From positions 1 through 35,817 of the forward strand of contig JANLHQ010000011.1 of assembly GCA_024654415.1 (NCBI GenBank): 35,817 bases of DNA, in the 5' to 3' direction. A program made the position numbers and the translations under genes. Position 1 is the first letter of the stretch, and the number at the start of each line of letters is the position of its first letter. The notes under the pieces are model-generated. The model was given only the letters and a program-made list of their open reading frames with translations. It had not been told where the DNA came from and ran no database searches. Shown piece after piece: positions 8,549 to 17,422 of this stretch. This DNA is from Candidatus Azambacteria bacterium (GTDB lineage: Bacteria; Patescibacteriota; Minisyncoccia; GWC2-36-17; WO2-46-25).

Positions 8549-8609
8549 GGTTTGACCAAAATTTCGCCTCTAAAACGATTTACTTAACTTAAGCAAATGT
8601 TAAGCCAGT

Positions 8610-10088
8610 TTACATTACAAGCTCCTGATATCGCGCTTCGAGAAAGTCATTGATACCGTGAATGTCTTTTTTATTCCGTAAATTCAATAACTGTTTTATG
8701 TCCTTATCATCAAGAGCAATTATTCGGCCCCTACCGTCGTTCGCAGTATCTTTGCACCTCTTAATAAAGAGTTGCTTGTTCTTAAACGTACGACAAATAA
8801 GAAAACCAAACTGGCCTCGATTAGTAGAAAAACGTCCTGACAGTTGGTCAAGCTCTGGGTTGGCTGGGTCGCTTGAATAATTCTTGCATTCTACAAAAAC
8901 ATATCCTGACGGGACACTTTTAGTATTTGGGAGGTCAAAGAAAAAGCCATCGTGAGCCGCATTTTGGAAAGTAACATCAATTCTTTTTCTCCCCTCGTGT
9001 ATTTCATGTTCCTTTTTTGGATTAATAAGGTAAGGATAAAAAATTGCTGTTAATACACCAGTTATGTGATCGTGAAATTTCTTTGCGTTTTCATCGCCGG
9101 CTGGTATTGCACCAAGTTCACTAGCCAATGAATTGTAATCAAATTTTGACTCCTCAGCCTGACCAAAAGCAAACATGAGCAAGTCCTCGACAGTTATTTC
9201 ATTTAGGGAATAATTTTTACTTTTCTTATAATTTTTTAGAACCTCTGGATGTGCTTTAGAAAACTCATATAGATATGGCTTCGACAATGGATTTAGCTCT
9301 TTGAGTGCTTTTTTGAAAGGTGGGCGTCTCGTCCCATCTTTTAATGTTCTCACTAAAGATGAGTTCGCGTCTAAATGTTCTGATTGTAAAAAATTTAATA
9401 CAAAATGCTGATAGTATTCTTGATGGTTAAATTCTATTCCAAACCTAGCAATAGCCTTGGGTACGAGAATGACGCTGTGATTTTTGCAGACAGGTAAGTT
9501 AATATACTCGCTCGTCCATTTTTTATTTTCATTGTCCCAGATGGGGCCACTCGGAACAGAAACCATTGATATGCCCCAAAGCTCACATTGGGCTTGAGTG
9601 TATTCAACCAATTTATGGCGAATAATATTTGTTGAAATATCTGAAATCTTATCTCGGCTAATACCCTCAATTAGAAGCTCGCATTCTTCCAGGTCCTTAA
9701 TAAAACCCGTCTTAACGGCTGTGCTATCCGCAAGTGCTTTATATAAATCTTCCGCTTGCTCACCACCAACGCCCCTGCCTCGCGGATTTTCTCCTTTAGA
9801 AAGTCCGAATCTGGTCTGGTTCGGCTCTCTTAATCCAGACAGCATGTATTTAGCTTGCGGTTCATTACCTTCTCGAATCTGATCAATAACACCTTGAAAA
9901 AATTCGACAATGGCATTATGACAGTCAGTCGACCAATAATCACTTCTTTTTGAAACAGCATATGGGTCAATAAACAAAGGGATGTCCCCGTTGTTAATAG
10001 GGACATCCACAAAATCAAGCTCGTATTGGCTTTTATTCAAGCGGAAATATTCAGAAAATGTCTGCGCCATTATAATTTTCATATTCAT
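8610..10088 (-). CDS. 492-aa protein: unknown N-terminal ~370 aa plus a C-terminal PD-(D/E)xK (Mrr-cat/restriction-endonuclease-like) domain
   Basis: C-terminus reads EIHEGRKRIDVTFQN...GYVFVECKNY...GQFGFLICRT, i.e. the E/D...D...E-x-K arrangement of restriction-endonuclease-fold nucleases. The N-terminal part matches nothing I recognise. Confidence 0.55.
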   Translation of the reverse strand: MNMKIIMAQTFSEYFRLNKSQYELDFVDVPINNGDIPLFIDPYAVSKRSDYWSTDCHNAIVEFFQGVIDQIREGNEPQAKYMLSGLREPNQTRFGLSKGENPRGRGVGGEQAEDLYKALADSTAVKTGFIKDLEECELLIEGISRDKISDISTNIIRHKLVEYTQAQCELWGISMVSVPSGPIWDNENKKWTSEYINLPVCKNHSVILVPKAIARFGIEFNHQEYYQHFVLNFLQSEHLDANSSLVRTLKDGTRRPPFKKALKELNPLSKPYLYEFSKAHPEVLKNYKKSKNYSLNEITVEDLLMFAFGQAEESKFDYNSLASELGAIPAGDENAKKFHDHITGVLTAIFYPYLINPKKEHEIHEGRKRIDVTFQNAAHDGFFFDLPNTKSVPSGYVFVECKNYSSDPANPELDQLSGRFSTNRGQFGFLICRTFKNKQLFIKRCKDTANDGRGRIIALDDKDIKQLLNLRNKKDIHGINDFLEARYQELVM

Positions 10089-10122
10089 TTTTCATATTCA
10101 TCTCTTGATTATCAACTCCGGC

Positions 10123-10659
10123 TTACGATCCTTGCATTAAAGAAATAAGACTATTCAATTCCGGTACGTTAGCACGTTGTGTATCAAGGGTTGCTTTTGG
10201 AAAAAACTTATCATATTCACCGAGCTCAGTCCGTTTTTTCTTATTCAAATAATTGGATTCAAACTCACTTTTGCACCATGCTGAAGTCTTGCCGGAAAAA
10301 GATTGTCCGGGCCTCAAAATTGCGAGTAATATTGCCTCTAAGCAGGGGGAATTTTCGAGCAGTTCAATTCCTTGCTGTTTTGCTTCCGTTCGCGCCTGAT
10401 TCATTTCCTGCTCACCTTTGTCATTATCCAAAATCACGATTTTCCGATCAAACGCACCCGGCTCATTTACGGCATTAGTGATTATGTTTGTTGCTGTGCC
10501 ACCTTTGCCATTACGGATTGTTACAGCGACTCCGCTGTCTCGAGAGTATAATCCGCGCAAATGCTTTAGGAACATCTCCTCACCAAGCCCTTCTCCATAC
10601 ATCAGCAAGGTTCGGCTGGCACTACGACGTTTTTTCTTGTAAGGATTTGTCCGTGACAT
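10123..10659 (-). CDS. small Toprim-like protein (RloB / DUF4276-like)
   Basis: 178 aa. LLMYGEGLGEEMFLKHL (conserved E-G..E near the N-terminus) plus KIVILDNDKG (DxD) give a Toprim-type acidic signature. Its size and position directly downstream of an ABC-type ATPase fit RloB-like partners. Confidence 0.55.
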   Translation of the reverse strand: MSRTNPYKKKRRSASRTLLMYGEGLGEEMFLKHLRGLYSRDSGVAVTIRNGKGGTATNIITNAVNEPGAFDRKIVILDNDKGEQEMNQARTEAKQQGIELLENSPCLEAILLAILRPGQSFSGKTSAWCKSEFESNYLNKKKRTELGEYDKFFPKATLDTQRANVPELNSLISLMQGS

Positions 10660-10670
10660 GATTTTCTATG

Positions 10671-11879
10671 TTAAATCTTCGGAACAGCTCCATACGCCCC
10701 GGCGATATATTTTGAATAATAATTATCATCAGAACGTACATCAGATACCTCATCTAAGCGCCATGCCTCGCTTATACCGTTCTCATTCTTTTCGACCAAT
10801 ACAATTTGATACTTATCTAACTTACTTAAGAGCATATGACTATGGGTACTTAAGAGAAGCTGTGCGTTTTTAGGATTCGTCTCCGGCTGTATAAACAAGT
10901 CAAACAACGCCATAACCATTTCAGGGTGTAGATTTACATCAAATTCGTCAACAATAGCAATACTTCCTTTTTCAAGGGCCGCAAGAATACTCTTCAAAAG
11001 TACAAACAATTGCTTTGTTCCAAATGACTCATATTGAACAGGTAGATACAACGTCTGCCCATTAAACATGTGGGATGCTCGGACATTAAGAGAAAAACCG
11101 TTTTCCTTTTTTTCTTTTTTTATCTCAAATCCACTTAGTCCCAAGTCAAATCGGCAAAGCAATTTTTCTGCTTCCTGTTTAAGAGCACTGTTTTCACTAA
11201 AGAAATCAAAAGCTTCGCCAAGTTGTGCGATTGAATTTGGTAGCAAATGGTCTCCGATCCAACCAGCCTCAATGACATTTGTTTCTATTTGTCCCCAATA
11301 TGTTGCTATCGTTTGACTTTCCGCATGATTAAGTCGAGCGGCAGTACCAATAACGCTCGCATTAGAACGCAAAAGATTTTCAAACCCTTTTGGCAAATCA
11401 AAATTATCTCCCTCAAAATCATATCGATTTTCTTTCACATTCCAGTTTCGAGAAAAAATCTTCTTGGTAGATTTTTTCTCTTTTGCAAAACTAGTGAGCT
11501 TTAGATCTTCGCTTAGAATCTTTTCTTTGGTGATAGTAAAAGCATAGGTATACACTTTTCCATCGACCTCAAAAACCACCGATAAGTCTGTCGGCTCATT
11601 CTTTTCGTCCCCAAACGCAAACGGCTGAACGACAATAGGATTCTCTGGCTTCATATTGAACGAATCAATAATCAACCATTTCAAAAACGGTAAAACTTTT
11701 AGCAAATTTGTTTTACCGGATGCGTTAGGTCCTATAACTGTTTCGACCTTCGAGAGTCGTACACCTGACTTGGCTACAAAATAGCCATTATTCTCTGGGG
11801 CATTACCATTTACCTCGAAAACAAGCGATGTTTCCTCACCAAAGGAATAGAAGTTTTTACATGAAATTGAATGAATCAT
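10671..11879 (-). CDS. ABC/SMC-like AAA ATPase (AAA_15/AAA_21, COG1106-type)
   Basis: Walker A GPNASGKT, signature-like ESFGTKQ, Walker B IAIVDEFDVNLHP, H-loop LSTHS, and a long helical insert between Walker A and the signature. Confidence 0.8.
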   Translation of the reverse strand: MIHSISCKNFYSFGEETSLVFEVNGNAPENNGYFVAKSGVRLSKVETVIGPNASGKTNLLKVLPFLKWLIIDSFNMKPENPIVVQPFAFGDEKNEPTDLSVVFEVDGKVYTYAFTITKEKILSEDLKLTSFAKEKKSTKKIFSRNWNVKENRYDFEGDNFDLPKGFENLLRSNASVIGTAARLNHAESQTIATYWGQIETNVIEAGWIGDHLLPNSIAQLGEAFDFFSENSALKQEAEKLLCRFDLGLSGFEIKKEKKENGFSLNVRASHMFNGQTLYLPVQYESFGTKQLFVLLKSILAALEKGSIAIVDEFDVNLHPEMVMALFDLFIQPETNPKNAQLLLSTHSHMLLSKLDKYQIVLVEKNENGISEAWRLDEVSDVRSDDNYYSKYIAGAYGAVPKI

Positions 11880-11918
11880 ATTTTTATATGTTTTACCTTT
11901 ATTACCTCGACCTATCTC

Positions 11919-11947
11919 ATACTAGCAGATAATAGATAGAATTGCAA
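11919..11947 (-). promoter_or_regulatory. sigma-70-like promoter of the ATPase cassette
   Basis: On the minus strand: TTGCAA (11947-11942), 17-nt spacer, TAGTAT (11924-11919), about 40 nt upstream of ATG 11879. Confidence 0.5.
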
Positions 11948-11951
11948 GCTT

Positions 11952-11971
11952 TTCTACAATAATTTGTAGAA
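11952..11971. promoter_or_regulatory. perfect 8-4-8 palindrome abutting the -35 box (operator-like)
   Basis: TTCTACAA-TAAT-TTGTAGAA, located 5 nt upstream of the -35 hexamer of the ATPase promoter. Confidence 0.45.
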
Positions 11972-12053
11972 AGTGGAGAAATATAGGTATTTTCAAGCTA
12001 TTTTACCTCCTCGGACTAGCCTGATTCTTAAGTTATACACACCCCTATAAGAT

Positions 12054-13037
12054 TCAGCTTTCTAATGCCCTGATTATTTCTTTGGTAACATGCCACATAA
12101 CGACGGGTGCGACAGCATTTCCCAAAGCTTTATAATTCGTCGTTCGTGATCCGGGAAGCACAAAAGAATCCGGAAAAGATTGTATGCGAGCTACCTCAAG
12201 GGGGGTGAACATTCTATACCTGCCATTTACCTGCAAAACCGGGTCGGTGCTGTTTAAGCTTACTTTTGCAAGATGTGCTCCGACTGTATTGCTTGGTTCA
12301 TGTAATTTTTGCACCCGGCCCTTGTTCATGGTCTTTGAGTGTTTGGTTGCGGACATACCGTTGACAGCTTTTGCGCTGAAATAAAATTTTTCCTCGACTT
12401 CATGGTTGGGTAAAACAATCATAGAAAGTGGCACCGGATTGCTTTCGGTTACCGGCTTTGGAAATTCGAAGCGGTCATACGTTTTCTTATTCTTGAATCC
12501 TACAATAAACACACGTTCGCGTTTTTGCGGAACGCCGTAATGGGAAGCATTCAGAACCTTATATTTGATATGATAGCCAGCTCGCTCGAATTCTTTTATG
12601 ATTAGCGGAAAAGCTTCTCCTTTGTTAGCCGACAGTAATCCTTTCACATTCTCGGCTACGAATACGGACGGTTTTTTGTCTTTAAGAATCCTGCACATTT
12701 CGAAAAACAATTTTCCTCTATCATCTTTATATCCGAGGCGGCGAGGATTCTGCGCCACTACCGAAAAAGATTGGCAAGGAAACCCTCCGGTCAAAATATC
12801 GTGATCTGGAACATCTTTTGATTTCAGTTCTTTTATATCTCTTACATCAATTTTCAGTGAAAAATTCGCATTATAAACATCGCATATCGATTTATCGAAA
12901 TCCGTGGCATAAACTGTTTCCACCGGATGTTTTTTAAATCTTTTGCCCAAGTACGCGAAGCCGCCCTCCGCCCCTAGGTCCATCCCTCCGCATCCACTAA
13001 ACAAGGAAACTATTTTGTATTTTTTGGTTATTTTCAT
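12054..13037 (-). CDS. DNA (cytosine-5)-methyltransferase
   Basis: Motif I LFSGCGGMDLG, motif IV GGFPCQSFS, motif VI ENVKGLL, motif VIII QKRERVFIVG, motif X GNAVAPVV. The start overlaps the upstream stop (ATGA, 13034-13037). Confidence 0.9.
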   Translation of the reverse strand: MKITKKYKIVSLFSGCGGMDLGAEGGFAYLGKRFKKHPVETVYATDFDKSICDVYNANFSLKIDVRDIKELKSKDVPDHDILTGGFPCQSFSVVAQNPRRLGYKDDRGKLFFEMCRILKDKKPSVFVAENVKGLLSANKGEAFPLIIKEFERAGYHIKYKVLNASHYGVPQKRERVFIVGFKNKKTYDRFEFPKPVTESNPVPLSMIVLPNHEVEEKFYFSAKAVNGMSATKHSKTMNKGRVQKLHEPSNTVGAHLAKVSLNSTDPVLQVNGRYRMFTPLEVARIQSFPDSFVLPGSRTTNYKALGNAVAPVVMWHVTKEIIRALES

Positions 13038-14464
13038 ACGAGTAATTTCTCCCAGTATCCTGATTTATCTGAGTACCTGATATCCGCTCCGTCACGTGGA
13101 CTCATATCTAGCGTGTCAGATTTGTATTGGCCAACAGGATCTTGGATCAGGAACAGATTTACATCCTTGGACGAAATCATTAATCTATAAACAAAGTAGG
13201 TTTTTCTCAAACTATTGGCCGCACTCCATTCGCTCGGCGTCATATGAAAGTTACTCGTCGCGAGCTTGCCTCGACTGATGCTTGTCTTGACCTCGACATA
13301 CCTGCGAATATCACCGATTCCTTCGAAAGACGAAATATCATATCCGACTGCGAATGTCTCCGGAATTTTCTTTATAAGATGCAATAAGTCTTCGCGCTTA
13401 AGCGTTACCATCCTGATTTTCTCGTGTTCGATCACGATTGCTTCACCTACATCTCCCACCTCTTTGGTTTTTACTTGTTCACCCTCTCTGATCATCTGCA
13501 CTTTCATCAAAACTTCTTTAATGAATGCGCTCGTATCCCTATCTTCAGTGGTTTCGCTGGCTTCTTCGATAATTGAAAGGATGTTTGCTTCAAAGATACT
13601 TGAATCAAGCTTGTTGTTTACATGATGGAACCAATCTTGCTGAGTGGATACCACGTCAGCGAGTGATAGATCGCTCTTGGTGTACAAGGGCTGATAGGGT
13701 GCGAAATATGAGCCGTCGTTGATAAAAGCCTGTATCGTTTCAAGATTTACCGTGTTTAAATAATACTGATAGTTCTGCCTAAGTCTTACCAGATCGGCGA
13801 GCTCCATGTAATCGAGCACATCTCCTGCATAGCGGATAACATCTCCTTGAGAATCATATTCAATATCGTTTTTCCTGTTGGCCAAGATAAGCTCCGCTGT
13901 TTCCTTCGGAGAACGATTGTCCCTTGTAACCCTTAAGTCGTTAAAAATACAGTGGGTGGTTTCAGCTTTCGTCAAACCAAATTTTTCCGACTCGCCGACC
14001 AGTTTCTTGCCTTCAAGCATTACCTGCATAAGATATTTTGCCGGCTTGAATCTAATGCCGGCTTTTATGCATTCAAGAGTTTCGTGGGGTTTCAAATGAC
14101 CTCCGGGATACTGGAAGTAGAAAAGAAAATATCGAAAAAATTCAATAAGGTCCTGCGATTCTGAAAGCAGAAGAGCCATGCGTCCAGGTTGGGATATATC
14201 CCCGTCGTGTTCGATCAGCCCGAATAAGGACGAAATCTCAGTACGCCAATTATTGATTGTCTTTAATTCTTTTGAAAAATTGCCGGGGTAGAACTTGATG
14301 GTGTTATTTAATTTCTGCTTGAAAGTTTCGTGTTCCTCTGGCTTGAGCTTTGCAATTTCTGTCGCCATATAGAAAAGCACGTTCTCGACATCGTTTTTGA
14401 AACGAGGACGGATGTGATGTAGTCTGAAAAAATATTCTTTTGGTGTTTTGTAAATACTTTTCAT
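13034..14464 (-). CDS. putative restriction endonuclease (N-terminal recognition region plus C-terminal PD-(D/E)xK / DUF3883-like domain)
   Basis: Sandwiched between two m5C MTase genes with 4-nt ATGA overlaps on both sides. The C-terminal GYDISS...RYVEVKTS...FHMTPSEW...YFVYRL matches the D...E-V-K nuclease pattern of DUF3883-type domains. Confidence 0.6.
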   Translation of the reverse strand: MKSIYKTPKEYFFRLHHIRPRFKNDVENVLFYMATEIAKLKPEEHETFKQKLNNTIKFYPGNFSKELKTINNWRTEISSLFGLIEHDGDISQPGRMALLLSESQDLIEFFRYFLFYFQYPGGHLKPHETLECIKAGIRFKPAKYLMQVMLEGKKLVGESEKFGLTKAETTHCIFNDLRVTRDNRSPKETAELILANRKNDIEYDSQGDVIRYAGDVLDYMELADLVRLRQNYQYYLNTVNLETIQAFINDGSYFAPYQPLYTKSDLSLADVVSTQQDWFHHVNNKLDSSIFEANILSIIEEASETTEDRDTSAFIKEVLMKVQMIREGEQVKTKEVGDVGEAIVIEHEKIRMVTLKREDLLHLIKKIPETFAVGYDISSFEGIGDIRRYVEVKTSISRGKLATSNFHMTPSEWSAANSLRKTYFVYRLMISSKDVNLFLIQDPVGQYKSDTLDMSPRDGADIRYSDKSGYWEKLLV

Positions 14465-15513
14465 ATCTTTTTATTTAAAGCTTTAGCCAGGGCTTTCGCT
14501 ATCTGTTCTGCCATAAGCGGCGGAACCGCGTTTCCAACTTGCTTGTATTGGCTGGTTTTGGAACCCATGAACACGAAATCATCGGGGAATGATTGCAGTC
14601 TAGCAGACTCCCTAACCGTGGGTATCCGGTTCCATTTGTAATGGAAATGGTGCCTATGTCCGGTATCGATGGTAAAGCTTGGTTTGTTACTGCTGTATCG
14701 GGTCCAAGCTATATTGACACGGCGGGTATTTTTTAGATGATCCGGCAAATCTTTGTAATTGCCCCCGTCAGGCACAAGCGCAATGATGTCTGTTGTTTTT
14801 TGATCATGATTTGTTATCTCATGGTTAAAAATTTTATTAGACTTTTTTCTCATTTTCGCCTGATAATCCGAAACTGGTTTTTTCTTATTCTCTGTTCCAT
14901 CCTTAACTGATCCTTCGGGAAGATCGGAAATAGCCTGTCCTGCGGTTGCTTTAGATTCAGGATCCGAAAAGGTTGGTTCGGGGAAAATAAAGCTGTTATG
15001 ACCAAGGGTTCCCACAAATACGACACGCCTGCGGTTTTGCGGAACGCCGTAATCAGAAGCTAGCATGACTTTGTATTTGACCTCATAGCCAAGAGCTGTG
15101 AAATCCTTCAGGATTTTATTCTTTATTTTGCCGCCAGACATCGCTACAAGATTCGGAACATTCTCAAGGACGAATGCCTTCGGTCTCAACTGCTTCACTG
15201 TTTTAACAAAGCTGGTATAGAGTCCGTTACGAGGGTCATTTGGATTCCTTTTCCCTGAAATTGAAAATCCTTGACATGGTGGTCCACCGACCACTACATC
15301 GATTTTGCCAGTAATTTTTTCTAAATTCTTGGGATCGAAGTTTCCTAAATCCATCAGAATGCCTTTTGATCCGGGATGATTCCTCTCAAAAGTTATAAGT
15401 GAGTCTTTCCAGTTATCTATTCCTGCTACCACGTCAAAACCAGCTCGTACAAAACCGTAGGAAAGACCACCACAACCTGAAAATAGATCTAGAACTTTTA
15501 ATTTATTCTTCAT
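14461..15513 (-). CDS. DNA (cytosine-5)-methyltransferase
   Basis: Motif I LFSGCGGLSYGF, motif IV GGPPCQGFS, motif VI ENVPNLV, motif VIII QNRRRVVFVG, motif X GNAVPPLMA. Confidence 0.9.
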   Translation of the reverse strand: MKNKLKVLDLFSGCGGLSYGFVRAGFDVVAGIDNWKDSLITFERNHPGSKGILMDLGNFDPKNLEKITGKIDVVVGGPPCQGFSISGKRNPNDPRNGLYTSFVKTVKQLRPKAFVLENVPNLVAMSGGKIKNKILKDFTALGYEVKYKVMLASDYGVPQNRRRVVFVGTLGHNSFIFPEPTFSDPESKATAGQAISDLPEGSVKDGTENKKKPVSDYQAKMRKKSNKIFNHEITNHDQKTTDIIALVPDGGNYKDLPDHLKNTRRVNIAWTRYSSNKPSFTIDTGHRHHFHYKWNRIPTVRESARLQSFPDDFVFMGSKTSQYKQVGNAVPPLMAEQIAKALAKALNKKI

Positions 15514-16165
15514 GTGTGTGCAACGTTACTTCCTTAAAGCCGCTTTGGGTAATAATTACATGGCCTGACAATCGGAATCCTAATATGTTTGCCGCCTCCA
15601 ATAATTGCCAAGTAATTTTTTTATCTTCGGCCGATGGTTCAAGGCTCCCGGAAGGGTGATTATGTGCAATTGTGATTGATGATGCTGAAAGCGAAATCGC
15701 TGGTTCAAATATCTCGCGTGGGTGGACAAGACTGGAGTTGAGAGTCCCGATAGAAATGATGCGTCTTTCAATGATTTTATTTTTCGTGTCTAGATAAAAA
15801 ACGGCCAAATGTTCCTTTTTGGAATCATAAAAATCAGCGCACAGTTTCCAGATGTCTTCAGGGGATTGGACTACGATGCCTTTCTTCTCATTCAGTCGGC
15901 CACTTAGCTCAATTAAAGCTAATATCTGGGAAATCTTAGCTCGACCTAGGCCATGTATTTTTTTAAAGTCACCTCTTGAAATATTTGCCGATCCCATACT
16001 CTCTATTTTGCGTAAAATCTCTCGACTCAAAGCTAAAACATTTTTTCCTTTAATGCCTGAGCCAAGAAGGATCGCCAAAAGTTCCGAATCAGAAAGCCGC
16101 ATCGGTCCGTATTTTTCGAGTTTTTCTCGCGGTCTATCAACTTTTGGTAAATCTTTTATTTTCAT
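15503..16165 (-). CDS. radC: RadC-like JAB/MPN-domain protein (UPF0758)
   Basis: N-terminal RPREKL..YG...LSDSELLAILLGSG plus an HhH region. JAMM motif HNHPSGSLEPSAED. The stop overlaps the MTase start by 11 nt. Confidence 0.85.
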   Translation of the reverse strand: MKIKDLPKVDRPREKLEKYGPMRLSDSELLAILLGSGIKGKNVLALSREILRKIESMGSANISRGDFKKIHGLGRAKISQILALIELSGRLNEKKGIVVQSPEDIWKLCADFYDSKKEHLAVFYLDTKNKIIERRIISIGTLNSSLVHPREIFEPAISLSASSITIAHNHPSGSLEPSAEDKKITWQLLEAANILGFRLSGHVIITQSGFKEVTLHTHEE

Positions 16166-16167
16166 AA

Positions 16168-16356
16168 CTATTTTTTGATTGCCTCGTAGTCTCCCTCGTT
16201 GCCAATTACCCGGATGTAGTCCTCACAACCATCAACCGCAATAGTCTTACACTTGCAATAAGTCATCTTTTTCCGAGTATCACTAAAAATCTCATCAGCG
16301 CATTTCTTGCATTTGATGTAGATTTCTTTTTTGGCATTGTTGGCGATTTCCTTCAT
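16168..16356 (-). CDS. small Cys-rich zinc-ribbon-like protein, hypothetical
   Basis: MKEIANNAKKEIYIKCKKCADEI...YCKCKTIAVDGCEDY (CxxC ... CxC ... C). ATG 16356 lies 4 nt after the Fic stop. The longer track ORF (to 16407) would overlap the Fic gene. Confidence 0.5.
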   Translation of the reverse strand: MKEIANNAKKEIYIKCKKCADEIFSDTRKKMTYCKCKTIAVDGCEDYIRVIGNEGDYEAIKK

Positions 16357-16360
16357 AAAT

Positions 16361-17422
16361 TTATAGTTTTCTATAGCTTGTTGATCGGCCTTGCCCAATG
16401 CGCTCAATCTTTTTGAGTCGCATCAATTTATCGATTGCCTGCCTGACAGTCGGATAAGCGACTTTCGTCTGTTCGGAAATCTCACGCGGCGTAGCACTTT
16501 CAACTTTTTGGAGATAATTCCAAACAGCGAGCTGTTTTTGTGTGAGCAATCGTTCAATATTTTCTTTGGACAAAAGATCGATGGCCATCTCCGATTGTTT
16601 TAAGAAAATGGTCAAGAAGAAATCCAACCACGGAATGATGGTTTCATGATCTGTCTTAAATGTTTTTTGGCTCTGACGAAGCACAAGATAATAATCTGGC
16701 TTATTATCTTCAACAAATTTCTCATGCGAAACATAGGGCATATACAAGTATCCCTCTTTCAATAAAAGAAGGTTAGTGAGTACGCGGCTAAGACGGCCGT
16801 TGCCGTCTTGAAATGGATGGATCTGCAAAAATTCAACAAGAAAGTTGCCCACAATAAGAAGTGGATGATAACTCTTCTCTTCAAGAGCTTTTTGGGTCCA
16901 CTCAACCAATTCCAGCATTTCTTTGGGAGCAAGATATGCCGGCGTGGTGTCAAAAAGCACGCCAATGGATTCTCCGGCGGCGTTTATCATCTGTACCTGA
17001 TTTTCTCTTTTTTTGTAATCGCCTCGATGGCCTTCGTCCTTCTTTACATACTTCAGGAGTTCTTTATGGAAGTGTTTGATAGTGCTTTCATTGAATTTCA
17101 AACTTTTCCAAGAATTAAAAATATTCTCAAGCAATTCGTAATATCCTTTGACTTCCTGTTTGTCCCGATCAGTAAATTTTTGGATATCAATACCCCGCAT
17201 GAGCTTCTCCACATCTTCATCAGAGAGCCTTGCCCCCTCAATACGAGTTGATGCTCCAGTTGAAGTAATCAAAACAGACCGTTTGAGACGACCTAATACC
17301 TGAGACGAGAGTTGTGCTCCGGCGATCCATTGCCCCTTTAACTCATCAATTCTTGCTATTTTTGACCAGATTTCAGCCGGTAAATGCTCTATCCGCTGGT
17401 CTAATTTGATGTTATTTGCCAT
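16361..17422 (-). CDS. Fic-family protein (class II, N-terminal inhibitory helix) with C-terminal winged-helix domain
   Basis: Fic motif HPFQDGNGRLSR. Autoinhibitory (S/T)xxxE(G/N) motif STRIEG in the N-terminal part. The C-terminal LQKVESATPREISEQTKVAYPTVRQAIDKLMRLKKIERIGQGRSTSY is wHTH-like. ATG 17422 is preferred over the TTG at 17443 used in the track. Confidence 0.85.
   Translation of the reverse strand: MANNIKLDQRIEHLPAEIWSKIARIDELKGQWIAGAQLSSQVLGRLKRSVLITSTGASTRIEGARLSDEDVEKLMRGIDIQKFTDRDKQEVKGYYELLENIFNSWKSLKFNESTIKHFHKELLKYVKKDEGHRGDYKKRENQVQMINAAGESIGVLFDTTPAYLAPKEMLELVEWTQKALEEKSYHPLLIVGNFLVEFLQIHPFQDGNGRLSRVLTNLLLLKEGYLYMPYVSHEKFVEDNKPDYYLVLRQSQKTFKTDHETIIPWLDFFLTIFLKQSEMAIDLLSKENIERLLTQKQLAVWNYLQKVESATPREISEQTKVAYPTVRQAIDKLMRLKKIERIGQGRSTSYRKL

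Noticed and set aside
10076-10101. A perfect 13-nt tandem duplication (TTTTCATATTCAT x2 on the + strand, i.e. ATGAATATGAAAA x2 on the coding strand) over the start of the 492-aa gene, as a possible phase-variation switch.
   Set aside because: There are only two copies. The downstream copy supplies the in-frame ATG regardless of the upstream copy, so copy-number change would not switch the ORF off. The upstream copy merely creates a short out-of-frame uORF.
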